A stretch of 64,000 bases of DNA. Origin: an uncultured bacterium (lineage in GTDB: Bacteria; Krumholzibacteriota; Krumholzibacteriia; Krumholzibacteriales; Krumholzibacteriaceae). Positions 40,404-48,972 of the stretch are shown in pieces (within the stretch, counting starts at the first letter, position 1; every line of letters begins with the position of its first letter). The notes beneath the pieces were generated by a model. That model was not told the DNA's origin, did not search any database, and saw only the letters and a program-made list of their open reading frames with translations. A program made the position numbers and the translations under genes. The stretch covers positions 64,001 to 128,000 of the forward strand of contig CAWBAN010000004.1 in the NCBI GenBank assembly GCA_963786935.1. The letters are read 5' to 3'.

Positions 40404-41000
40404 ATGAATCAGGGTCAAAACGGATTCCATCCCCTCGACATCCGCATCCTCGAGATTCTCCAGAACCAGGGTCGCATTCCGAACGTGCAGCTCGCCGCCG
40501 AGGTGGGGCTGAGCCCGTCGGCCGTCCTCGAGCGCGTGCGAAAGCTCGAGGAGCGCGGCGTCATCGACCGGTACGTGACCCTCGTCGACAACAAGAAGGT
40601 CGGGCTCGGCACGATCGCGTTCGTCGCCGTTTCGCTCAATCTCCACCAGCAGGATTCGATCGAGAACTTCCACCGCTTCGTGCGGGAGAGCGGGCACGTG
40701 CTCGAGTGCTACCACGTCGCGGGAGGCGAGGATTACCTCCTCAAGGTGTACGCGCGGGACATCGACGATTACGAGCAGTTCCTCCTCTCGAGCCTCACGA
40801 GGACCCGGGGCATCGACAAGGTGAAGACGATGTTCGTGCTCTCGACGCTCAAACGGGAGACCGCCGTGCCGCTGACGTCGGCCGCCGAGGGCGCGCGGAA
40901 CGGAACGAACGGCGAGCCGCCCCCGAAGCGCGGGAAGGCCGCGTGCGTCGGCTGCGAGAGAAAACGAAACAAACGGGACAAAACGAATAAACGGAGATAA
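40404..41000 (+). CDS. Lrp/AsnC family regulator
   Basis: LDIRILEILQ HTH, VGLSPSAV, ECYHVAGGEDYLLKV. Confidence 0.92.
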   Translation: MNQGQNGFHPLDIRILEILQNQGRIPNVQLAAEVGLSPSAVLERVRKLEERGVIDRYVTLVDNKKVGLGTIAFVAVSLNLHQQDSIENFHRFVRESGHVLECYHVAGGEDYLLKVYARDIDDYEQFLLSSLTRTRGIDKVKTMFVLSTLKRETAVPLTSAAEGARNGTNGEPPPKRGKAACVGCERKRNKRDKTNKRR

Positions 41001-41040
41001 CTCAAACGGCCGGGAGCGATCCCGGGACAAGGAGGCATCC

Positions 41041-42231
41041 ATGGCGAAGAAGCTTCGTTTCGATACGATAGCGGTGAAGGGAGGATTCGATCGCGAGGAA
41101 CAGCTCCGGTACCACACGATGGCGCCGCCGCTCATCCAGAGCGCCGTGTTCCCGTACGAATCCGCGCAGTGGGCCGCCGATCTCTACAGCTACAAGATCG
41201 AAGGCTTCGCGTACGGCCGGATCAACAATCCGACGAACGACATCCTCGAGAAGCGCATGGCGATGCTCGAGGGGGCCGAGGCGGGGCTCGCCCTGTCCTC
41301 CGGCATGTCGGCGATCTTCATGGTGCTCCACCATCTCGTCGCCGCGGGGGAGGAAGTGACCTCCTCGATCCGCGTCTACGGCGGCACGCAGCAGCTCTTC
41401 GCCACCTCGGCGCCGCGCATGGGCATCAAGGTCAACTGGGTCGAGGAGCCCGACAAGATGGCGTCGTGGGAAAAGGCGATCACGCCGAAGACGAAGCTCC
41501 TCCACGTCGAGAGCCCGAGCAACCCGAACCTCTTCGTCGCCGACATTCCGGCGATCGCGAAGATCGCGAAGAAGCACGGGCTCCCGCTCATGGTCGACAA
41601 CACGATCTGCACGCCGGCGCTCATGCGGCCGATCGAGCTCGGCGCCGACATCGTGATCCACTCCGCGACCAAGTACATCAGCGGGAACGCCACGAGCCTT
41701 TCGGGGATTCTCGTCGGGAAAAAGGAGTTCGTGAATCACGTGCGGCACATCGGCTTCCGCAACATGGGGCCGACGGCCGCCCCGTTCAACGGCTGGCTCT
41801 GTCTCCTCGGCCTCGACAGCCTCTCGCTCCGGATGAAGAAGCATTCGGACAACGCGATGACGATCGCGAAACATCTCGAGAAGCACGCGAAGATCGAGTC
41901 GGTGAGCTACCCGGGGCTCCCGAGCCATCCGCAGCACGAGACCGCCAAGCGGCAGATGAGCGCTTTCTCGTCGATGCTCAGCTTCAACGTAAAGGGCGGG
42001 CTCGATGCGGCGCGCCGGGTGATCGATCACCTGACGATCGCCGTGCATACGACGCACCTCGGCTCGTCGCAGACCGTGGCGATCCAGCCGGCCGCGACGA
42101 CACACTGGCAGCTCGGTCCCGAGGAGCGGGCGAAGGCCGGCGTTCCCGACAACCTCATCCGCTACTCGGCAGGGCTCGAGGACGCGCAGGATCTTATCGA
42201 GGATCTCGATGACGCGCTCACGCACGCATAA
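41041..42231 (+). CDS. Cys/Met metabolism PLP enzyme (gamma-lyase or sulfhydrylase)
   Basis: YGRINNPT, SGMSA, ESPSNP, VDNT, HSATKY. Confidence 0.9.
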   Translation: MAKKLRFDTIAVKGGFDREEQLRYHTMAPPLIQSAVFPYESAQWAADLYSYKIEGFAYGRINNPTNDILEKRMAMLEGAEAGLALSSGMSAIFMVLHHLVAAGEEVTSSIRVYGGTQQLFATSAPRMGIKVNWVEEPDKMASWEKAITPKTKLLHVESPSNPNLFVADIPAIAKIAKKHGLPLMVDNTICTPALMRPIELGADIVIHSATKYISGNATSLSGILVGKKEFVNHVRHIGFRNMGPTAAPFNGWLCLLGLDSLSLRMKKHSDNAMTIAKHLEKHAKIESVSYPGLPSHPQHETAKRQMSAFSSMLSFNVKGGLDAARRVIDHLTIAVHTTHLGSSQTVAIQPAATTHWQLGPEERAKAGVPDNLIRYSAGLEDAQDLIEDLDDALTHA

Positions 42232-42241
42232 GGAGGGAGCA

Positions 42242-43434
42242 ATGTACAGACTCGCACTCGTCGGATTCGGGGTCGTGGGGCAGGGGCTCGCGGAGATCCT
42301 TCTGAAGCATAAGGACCGGCTCCGGAAGGATCACGGGTTCGAATTCTCGGTCGTCGCGGTGAGCGACTTCGTGAAGGGCGCCGCGTGCGATCCGAAGGGA
42401 CTCGATCTCGCGAAGCTCCTCGCGCTCGCGAAGGACAACAAGATTTCGGAGTATCCCGGCGCGGCGACCGGCTGGAACGCGCTCGACACGATCGTGAAGT
42501 CGAACGCCGACGTCGTCGTCGAGGCGACGTACACGGACATCAAGACCGCCGAGCCGGCCTATTCGCATTTCAAAGCCGCGCTCGCTTCGGGGAAGCACCT
42601 CGTCACGACGAACAAGGGCCCCACGGCGCTCTTCTTCCGCGAGGTCGCCGCGCTCGCCAAGAGCAAGAAGGTCCAGTTCCGTTACGAGGGCACGGTCATC
42701 AGCGGCACGCCCGCGCTCAATCTCGCCGAGCTCTGCCTCGCCGGGAACGAGATCCGCGAGATCCGCGGCATCGTGAACGGCACGACGAACTTCATCCTCA
42801 CCAACATGGAGAAGGGGAAGTCCTACGCCGAGGCGCTCAAGGAGGCGCAGGATCTCGGGTTCGCCGAGGCGGTTCCCGACGCCGACGTCGAGGGATTCGA
42901 CGCGATGGCGAAGGTCATCATCCTCGCGAAGGCGGTCATGGGCGCCGACATCAAGGTCGCGGACGTCGACCGCACCGGCATCACGAAGATAACGCTGGAT
43001 GACATCAATAACGCGAAGGCCGAGGGCAAGCGCTGGAAGCTCATCGGGCGCGTCGCCCGCGAGGGGGGCGCCGTGCGCGCCTCGGTGCGGCCGGAGAAGC
43101 TCGACATCGCCGACCCGCTCGCCGGCGTCGGCGGCGCGACGAACGCGCTCACCTTCAGCACCGATCTCATCCGGAACGTGACGATCATCGGCCCCGGCGC
43201 GGGCAAGATCGAGACGGGCTATTCGATCCTCGTCGATCTGCTCGCGATTCACCGGACCGCGGCGCAGCCGCCGCGGCGGCCGCGCCGAAGAAGCCGGCTC
43301 CCCGGAAGACCGCGAAGAAGATCGCGAAGAAGGCTCCGAAAAAATCGGCAAGGAAAGCCCCGAAGAAAGCGCCGAAGAAGGCCGCGAAGCGCGCGAAGAA
43401 GGCGACGAAGCGGGCCAAGAAAGCGAGACGGTAA
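42242..43434 (+). CDS. hom: Homoserine dehydrogenase without ACT domain; Lys/Ala-rich tail after a frameshift at about 43260
   Basis: GFGVVG, TTNKGP, GIVNGTTNFIL, DVEGFD, GPGAG. Confidence 0.88.
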
Positions 43435-43437
43435 TCT

Positions 43438-44853
43438 ATGAAGATGCTCATCGCCGGCAAATGGGTCGACAAGAAGGAAAAGATCGAGGTCAGGGATCCG
43501 TACGACAACTCGCTCGTCGACACCGTCCCGAGCGGAGACGCGGCGGACATCCGGGCGGCGATCGCCTCGGCGGAAAAGGGATTCCAGATCAACCGGAACC
43601 TCCCCGTGCACGAGCGCATCCGCATACTCAACAAGGCGGCCTCCATCATCGAGTCGAAGCTCGAGAGCTACGCGCGCGTGATCGCCCGCGAGGGATCGAA
43701 GACGATCCGCGAGGCGCGCAAGGAGGCCTCGCGCTGCGTCGACACGATCCGGATCTCGGCCGAGGAAGCGCGCCGCATCCAGGGGGAGACGATCCCCTTC
43801 GATTCGCGCCCCGGCTCGGAGAACCGCGTCGGCTACTACTTCCGCTTCCCCATCGGGATCGTCGCGGCGATAACGCCGTTCAACGATCCGCTGAACCTCG
43901 TGGCGCACAAGGTCGGCCCGGCGATCGCGGCGGGGAACGCCGTCGTCGTGAAGCCGGCGACCGTGACCCCGCTCTCGGCGCTCATGCTGGCGAAGGCGCT
44001 CGTCGAGGCGGGGCTTCCGGCGGGCATCCTCAACGTGGTGACCGGCTACGCGGCGAAGACGGGGGACGCCCTCGTCACCGACCCGCGCGTGCGCATGATC
44101 AGCTTCACCGGCGGGGCCCCCGCGGGCGAGGAGATCGTGAAGAAGGCCGGGCTCAAGAAGGTCGGCATGGAGCTCGGCTCGAACACTCCCGTCATCGTCT
44201 GCGAGGACTGCGACCTCAAGCGCGCCGTCGAGGATTCGGTGTCGGGCGCCTTCTGGGCGGCCGGGCAGAACTGCATCGGCGTGCAGCGAATCTACATCGA
44301 GAAGGGAATCTACAAGCGTTTCGAGACGCTCTTCGTCGCGCGGACGCGCAAGTACAAGGTAGGCCCGAAGCTCGACGAGGACTGCGACATGGGCCCGATG
44401 ATCACCGAGGGAGAGGCGAAGCGCATCGAGGGATGGGTGAAGGAAGCGGTGAAGGCGGGCGCGAAGGTGCTCACCGGCGGCAAGCGCCGCGGGGCGATCT
44501 ACGAGCCGACCGTGCTCGCGAACGTTCCCGCCGGGTGCAAGGTGGACGTCGACGAGGTGTTCGCTCCGACCGTGAACCTCTATCCGGTGAAGAACCTCGA
44601 CGAGGCGATCGCGAAGGCGAACGCGGTGAACTTCGGCCTCCACGCCGGCATCTTCACGAAGGACGTCAACAAGGCGTTCAGGGCGATCAGGGAGCTCGAG
44701 GTCGGCGGCGTCATCGTGAACGACTCGTCCGACTACCGCATCGACATGATGCCGTTCGGCGGCGTGAAGCGGAGCGGCCTCGGCCGCGAGGGGATCAAGT
44801 TCGCCCTCATGGAGATGACCGAGCCGCGCGTCGTGTGCTTCAACCTGTACTGA
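43438..44853 (+). CDS. NAD(P)-dependent aldehyde dehydrogenase
   Basis: ITPFND, SFTGG, MELGSN, AGQNC, PFGGVKRSG. Confidence 0.92.
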   Translation: MKMLIAGKWVDKKEKIEVRDPYDNSLVDTVPSGDAADIRAAIASAEKGFQINRNLPVHERIRILNKAASIIESKLESYARVIAREGSKTIREARKEASRCVDTIRISAEEARRIQGETIPFDSRPGSENRVGYYFRFPIGIVAAITPFNDPLNLVAHKVGPAIAAGNAVVVKPATVTPLSALMLAKALVEAGLPAGILNVVTGYAAKTGDALVTDPRVRMISFTGGAPAGEEIVKKAGLKKVGMELGSNTPVIVCEDCDLKRAVEDSVSGAFWAAGQNCIGVQRIYIEKGIYKRFETLFVARTRKYKVGPKLDEDCDMGPMITEGEAKRIEGWVKEAVKAGAKVLTGGKRRGAIYEPTVLANVPAGCKVDVDEVFAPTVNLYPVKNLDEAIAKANAVNFGLHAGIFTKDVNKAFRAIRELEVGGVIVNDSSDYRIDMMPFGGVKRSGLGREGIKFALMEMTEPRVVCFNLY

Positions 44854-44884
44854 GGCGCCGTCGTCCGCGCGGAGACGCGGGCAG

Positions 44885-45652
44885 CTACGCGAGGCCGAGC
44901 ACGTCGGCCATCGTGTAGAGCCCGGGCTTCTTCCCGTGGATGAAGCGGATCGCCCTGAGCGTTCCGCGCGCCATGGTGCGGCGCGAATGCGCCCGGTGGG
45001 TGATCTCGAAGCGCTCCCCCTCGCCGGCGAAGATCACGGTGTGCTCGCCGACGACGTCCCCGCCGCGGAGCGAGTGCATGCCGATCTCCCCGCTCTTCCG
45101 CGCGCCGACGATCCCCGCGCGCCCGTGCACGACCGCCGCGCCCGGACGCGACTTCGCGACCGCGTCGGCGAGCTTCGCCGCCGTCCCGCTCGGGCTGTCC
45201 TTCTTCTTGTTGTGATGGATCTCGACGATCTCGGCGTCGAAATCGCCGAGCGCGCGCGCGGCCTCTTCGACGATCTTGAACATGAGGTTCACGCCGGCCG
45301 ACATGTTGGGGCTGATGATGAGCGGGATACGCCCGGCGGCCTTCCGCGCGGCCGCGAGCTCGTCGGCGGTGAAGCCGGTCGTGCCGACGATCGCGGCGCG
45401 CCCCGCCGCCGCGCACGCCGCGATATGATCGAGCGCGGCCTTCGGATTGGTGAAATCGACGACGACGTCGCAGGCGCCGAGCGCCTTCGCGAGGTCGTCG
45501 GTCACCGTGACCCCCGCGAGCGAGGTGCCGAGCCCGGGATTCCCCGCGGCCTCGATCGCGCCGGCGAGGGAGAGCTCCCGGTCGGCGGCGATCTCCTCGA
45601 CGGCGGTGCGCCCCATCTTGCCGAGCGCCCCGCATACGACGACTCTGATCAT
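44885..45652 (-). CDS. dapB: 4-hydroxy-tetrahydrodipicolinate reductase
   Basis: GALGKMG, VGTTG, EIHHNKKKDSPSGTA. Confidence 0.95.
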   Translation of the reverse strand: MIRVVVCGALGKMGRTAVEEIAADRELSLAGAIEAAGNPGLGTSLAGVTVTDDLAKALGACDVVVDFTNPKAALDHIAACAAAGRAAIVGTTGFTADELAAARKAAGRIPLIISPNMSAGVNLMFKIVEEAARALGDFDAEIVEIHHNKKKDSPSGTAAKLADAVAKSRPGAAVVHGRAGIVGARKSGEIGMHSLRGGDVVGEHTVIFAGEGERFEITHRAHSRRTMARGTLRAIRFIHGKKPGLYTMADVLGLA

Positions 45653-45686
45653 AGCGCTCCGATCCGCTCCCCGTCGCGGGGGCGTT

Positions 45687-46574
45687 CTATTTCACGACCT
45701 TGAGCCCGAAGTCGACGAGCGCCGTGCGCAGCTTCTCGCGGTTCTCCGGAAGGAGCCCGACGAGCGGCAGCCGCACGTCGCCCACGTCCATGCCGAGCAT
45801 GTTCATCGCTTCCTTGACGGGGGTCGGGTTCGTCTCGATGAACATCGCCTTGCAGAGCGGGAAGAGCTTGTAGTGGAGCTTCCGCGCCTCGGCGAGGTTC
45901 CCCTTCTCGTAGGCGGCGATCATCGCGAGCATCTCCTTCGGGACGATGTTCCCGACCACGCTCACGATGCCCTTGCCGCCGCACGCGAGGATCGGCAGCG
46001 TGATGCCGTCGTCCCCCGACATGAGAATGATCTTGTCGCCGCAGAGGAGCATGATCTCGCACATCTGCTCGAGGGAGCCGCTCGCCTCCTTGATCGCGGC
46101 GATCCGCTCGTGCGCGGAGAGGCGCTGCACCGTCTTCGGGAGCATGTTGAGCCCGGTGCGCCCCGGCACGTTGTAGAGCATGAGGGGCAGCCCGCCCTCG
46201 TCGGCGATCTTCATGAAGTGGGCGTAGAGCCCCTCCTGCGTCGGCTTGTTGTAGTACGGCGTGACGACCATCGCCGCGTCGGCGCCGAGCTCGCGCGCCT
46301 TCTTGACGTTGTCGATCGATTTCTGCGTCGCGTTCGTCCCGCAGCCGGCGCAGATCTTGATCTTGCCCTTCGCCTCCTCGACCGCGATCTCGATGATCCT
46401 GAAATGCTCCTCCCACGTGTAGGTGGGATTCTCGCTCGTCGTCGCGCACGGCACGAGCCCGTCGGTCCCCGCCTTGATGTGAAACTGCACGAGCTCGCGC
46501 AGCTTCGCCTCGTTGAGCCCCCCGTCTTTCTTGTTGAACGGCGTGACGAGAGCGACGTACAAACCCTTGAACAT
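45687..46574 (-). CDS. dapA: 4-hydroxy-tetrahydrodipicolinate synthase
   Basis: ALVTPF, TPYYNKPTQEG, YNVPGRT, IKEASG, ETNP. Confidence 0.95.
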   Translation of the reverse strand: MFKGLYVALVTPFNKKDGGLNEAKLRELVQFHIKAGTDGLVPCATTSENPTYTWEEHFRIIEIAVEEAKGKIKICAGCGTNATQKSIDNVKKARELGADAAMVVTPYYNKPTQEGLYAHFMKIADEGGLPLMLYNVPGRTGLNMLPKTVQRLSAHERIAAIKEASGSLEQMCEIMLLCGDKIILMSGDDGITLPILACGGKGIVSVVGNIVPKEMLAMIAAYEKGNLAEARKLHYKLFPLCKAMFIETNPTPVKEAMNMLGMDVGDVRLPLVGLLPENREKLRTALVDFGLKVVK

Positions 46575-46749
46575 GGTACCCCAGCCTCCTTCTCGCAACC
46601 CTTTCGGAATATTGCGGTTAACGCTTATTCTGAGCGGGCGGCCGGGAGCGCCGCCGCGGAATTGCCTGAAGAGACATTATGCGCCGCGATGCGGGGTGTC
46701 AAGGGGATAAGGGAAACAACGGGTGCGGGGCGCCGCGCCGCCTCCGCTC

Positions 46750-47760
46750 TCACGGGACGAGCTCGCGCCGCCAGGGAAAGAGAGAGAATATGCCGCCGGT
46801 GTGAATGAAGAGAACGTTGTCCGATTTTCTCCAGCGCCCCCTCGCCGCCTCGCCGGCGATGCCGAGCATCGCCTTCCCCGTGTAGGCCGGATCGAGAAAG
46901 AGCCCGAGGCGCCGGGCGAACGTCCGGATGAGCTCGATCCCCGCTTCGGCCGGCACGGCGTAGGCGGGGCCGTCGTAGCCGCCGGCGATCTCGACCTCGG
47001 CCGGAGAAATCGGCTTGAACCACGGCTCGCCGCGGTAGCGCTTTTCGTATTTCGCGACGAAGGATTCCGAGATCCCGGCGATGCGGTCCGCGAAATACCC
47101 CGGCGTGTCGAGAACGTTCACGCCGAGCACGCGAGCCTTGAGCCCGAAGATCCGTTTTCCGTAGATGAGCCCGGCGGTCGTGCCGCCGCTTCCGACGGCC
47201 GTGACGATCGTTTCGAACTCGATGCCGAGCGCGTTCTCGGCCTCCGAGATCTCCTGCGCGGCGCGTATGTAGCCGAAGACTCCCGGCGGATACGACGCGC
47301 CTTCGGGGATCGCGTACGCCGGCTCGCCGGCGGCGCCGAGCCCTGCCGCGATCTCCGCCATCGTCTCGTTCACGCGCGGCCATTCTTCCTGCGATATGAA
47401 CCGGATCTCCGCCCCCGCGAGCCGGTCGAGGAGCACGTTGCCGTCGCTCTCGTCCGGGGCGGCGCCGCGAAGGACGAGCAGCGGTCTCATGCCGACCCGC
47501 GCGGCGGCGACCGCCGTCGCCCTCGCGTGATTCGACTGGATGCCGCCGCACGTGATGACGACGCGCGCGTCCATCGCCGCCGCCTCGGCGAGGGCGAACT
47601 CGAGCTTGCGTACCTTGTTGCCCGAGAGCGCGGCGCCGGTGAGATCGTCGCGTTTGACGTAGACGTTCGGGAGGTCGGGGAACTCGGGCACGGCGCGCAG
47701 GCGCTCGATGGGCGTCGGGAGGTTGGCGAGCTTGAGGGACGGCGGAAAATCGATGCGCAT
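46750..47760 (-). CDS. D-cysteine desulfhydrase / ACC deaminase family PLP enzyme
   Basis: KRDDLTG, GNKVRKLE, QSNHAR, LDPAYTGK, IHTGG. Confidence 0.9.
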   Translation of the reverse strand: MRIDFPPSLKLANLPTPIERLRAVPEFPDLPNVYVKRDDLTGAALSGNKVRKLEFALAEAAAMDARVVITCGGIQSNHARATAVAAARVGMRPLLVLRGAAPDESDGNVLLDRLAGAEIRFISQEEWPRVNETMAEIAAGLGAAGEPAYAIPEGASYPPGVFGYIRAAQEISEAENALGIEFETIVTAVGSGGTTAGLIYGKRIFGLKARVLGVNVLDTPGYFADRIAGISESFVAKYEKRYRGEPWFKPISPAEVEIAGGYDGPAYAVPAEAGIELIRTFARRLGLFLDPAYTGKAMLGIAGEAARGRWRKSDNVLFIHTGGIFSLFPWRRELVP

Positions 47761-47942
47761 GGGAGGAGTATTACCGCATCGCCCGCGGATCGTCACGGAA
47801 AAAAGGCCTTCGATCCGCGCCCGGCCCCCGGCGGCGCGGGAGACGGGGGGCGCGACCCGCGGCACGCGACGATCGCGCTTGACAAATTCACGTATTACGA
47901 TATATTAATAAACAAATGAAACGAAAGGGTGTACATACAAAC

Positions 47943-48284
47943 ATGATGGAAACGAGGCAGGAGCCGCTGGAAGTCAACGAGATCGACCGGTTCGCCGACG
48001 TGCTCAAGGCGCTGGCGAGCCCCGCGCGCCTCAGGATCGTCAATATACTGGCGCGCGGCGAGCGGACCGTGACGGAGTTGTGCGAGCGTTCGGGGCTCAA
48101 ACAGTCGCTCGTGTCGCAGCAGCTGAAGATATTGCGTCTCAACAACATCGTCGCGAGCCGGAAGGAGGTGCCGCACACCTACTACAGCTTGAAGGAACGG
48201 AACGTCATCCGCATGCTCAATTGCCTGAGCATGTGTGAAGGGATAGATAGCGCGCACAATCAACGAAAGGCCAAGGAGGCATAA
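47943..48284 (+). CDS. ArsR/SmtB regulator
   Basis: LKALASPARLRI, VSQQLKILR; TTGACA (47879) and AT-rich palindromes upstream. Confidence 0.88.
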   Translation: MMETRQEPLEVNEIDRFADVLKALASPARLRIVNILARGERTVTELCERSGLKQSLVSQQLKILRLNNIVASRKEVPHTYYSLKERNVIRMLNCLSMCEGIDSAHNQRKAKEA

Positions 48285-48616
48285 TGGGAGCGAACACGTT
48301 GCAGGCAAGCGAGAAGGATTGGCAGAAAGAGGTCCTCGAATCGCCGATCCCGGTCATCGTCGATTTCTGGGCGCCGTGGTGCGGGCCGTGCAAGTTCCTC
48401 GGGCCCGTGTTCGAGGAGCTCGCCGGCGAGTACGCCGGGAAGGTGAAATTCATGAAGCTCAACACCGACGAGAATCAGGCCGTCGCCATCAAGTACGGGA
48501 TCATGGGGATTCCGACGCTCAAGGTGTTCAAGGGGGGCAAAGAGGTCGACACGATGTCGGGCGCGGCTCCCAAGGACTACCTGAAGGATTTTCTCGATAA
48601 GGCGCTCGCGAAGTAA
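48284..48616 (+). CDS. trxA: Thioredoxin
   Basis: VDFWAPWCGPCK and IPT motifs. Confidence 0.96.
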   Translation: MGANTLQASEKDWQKEVLESPIPVIVDFWAPWCGPCKFLGPVFEELAGEYAGKVKFMKLNTDENQAVAIKYGIMGIPTLKVFKGGKEVDTMSGAAPKDYLKDFLDKALAK

Positions 48617-48630
48617 TGGAGGACGGCATC

Positions 48631-48843
48631 GTGAAGAAAATCGCTTTGACGCCCGACATCACCATCGAAGATCTCGTCGAACGGCACCCCGCCGCGATCC
48701 GGTTTCTCATGGAGCGCGGGATCATGTGCATGAGATGAGGAACCCCTGCCTGGGGGTCCCTGGGCGAGCTCCTCAAGCAGTACCGCGTCGATGTGGCGAA
48801 GACGATCGCCGAGCTGCAATCTTATCTGGAAGAGAAGCGGTAA
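48631..48843 (+). CDS. DUF1858-family selenoprotein (CxxU, TGA at 48736-38), missing from the ORF track
   Basis: GGAGG before GTG; ITIEDLVERHP...GIMCMR-U-GTPAWGSLGELL; SECIS-like hairpin. Confidence 0.8.
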
Positions 48844-48859
48844 ATAGCCTACAATGAAC

Positions 48860-48900
48860 GCCGGGCATGCGCCGAGGGCGCGCGCCCGGCGATTTTTTTG
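48860..48900 (+). terminator. Intrinsic terminator
   Basis: GCCGGGC...GCCCGGC followed by a T7 tract. Confidence 0.75.
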
Positions 48901-48972
48901 CCCGGCCCGATAGGCGCGGACTCGCGCGCCGGGCCGGGCGAAATCCCGAATGGTCCGTGAAGGAGGCCCGAC

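Noticed and set aside
40870..41000. CxxC and basic tail on the Lrp regulator as a metal site
   Set aside because: It is a low-complexity extension with no supporting context and may be incidental.
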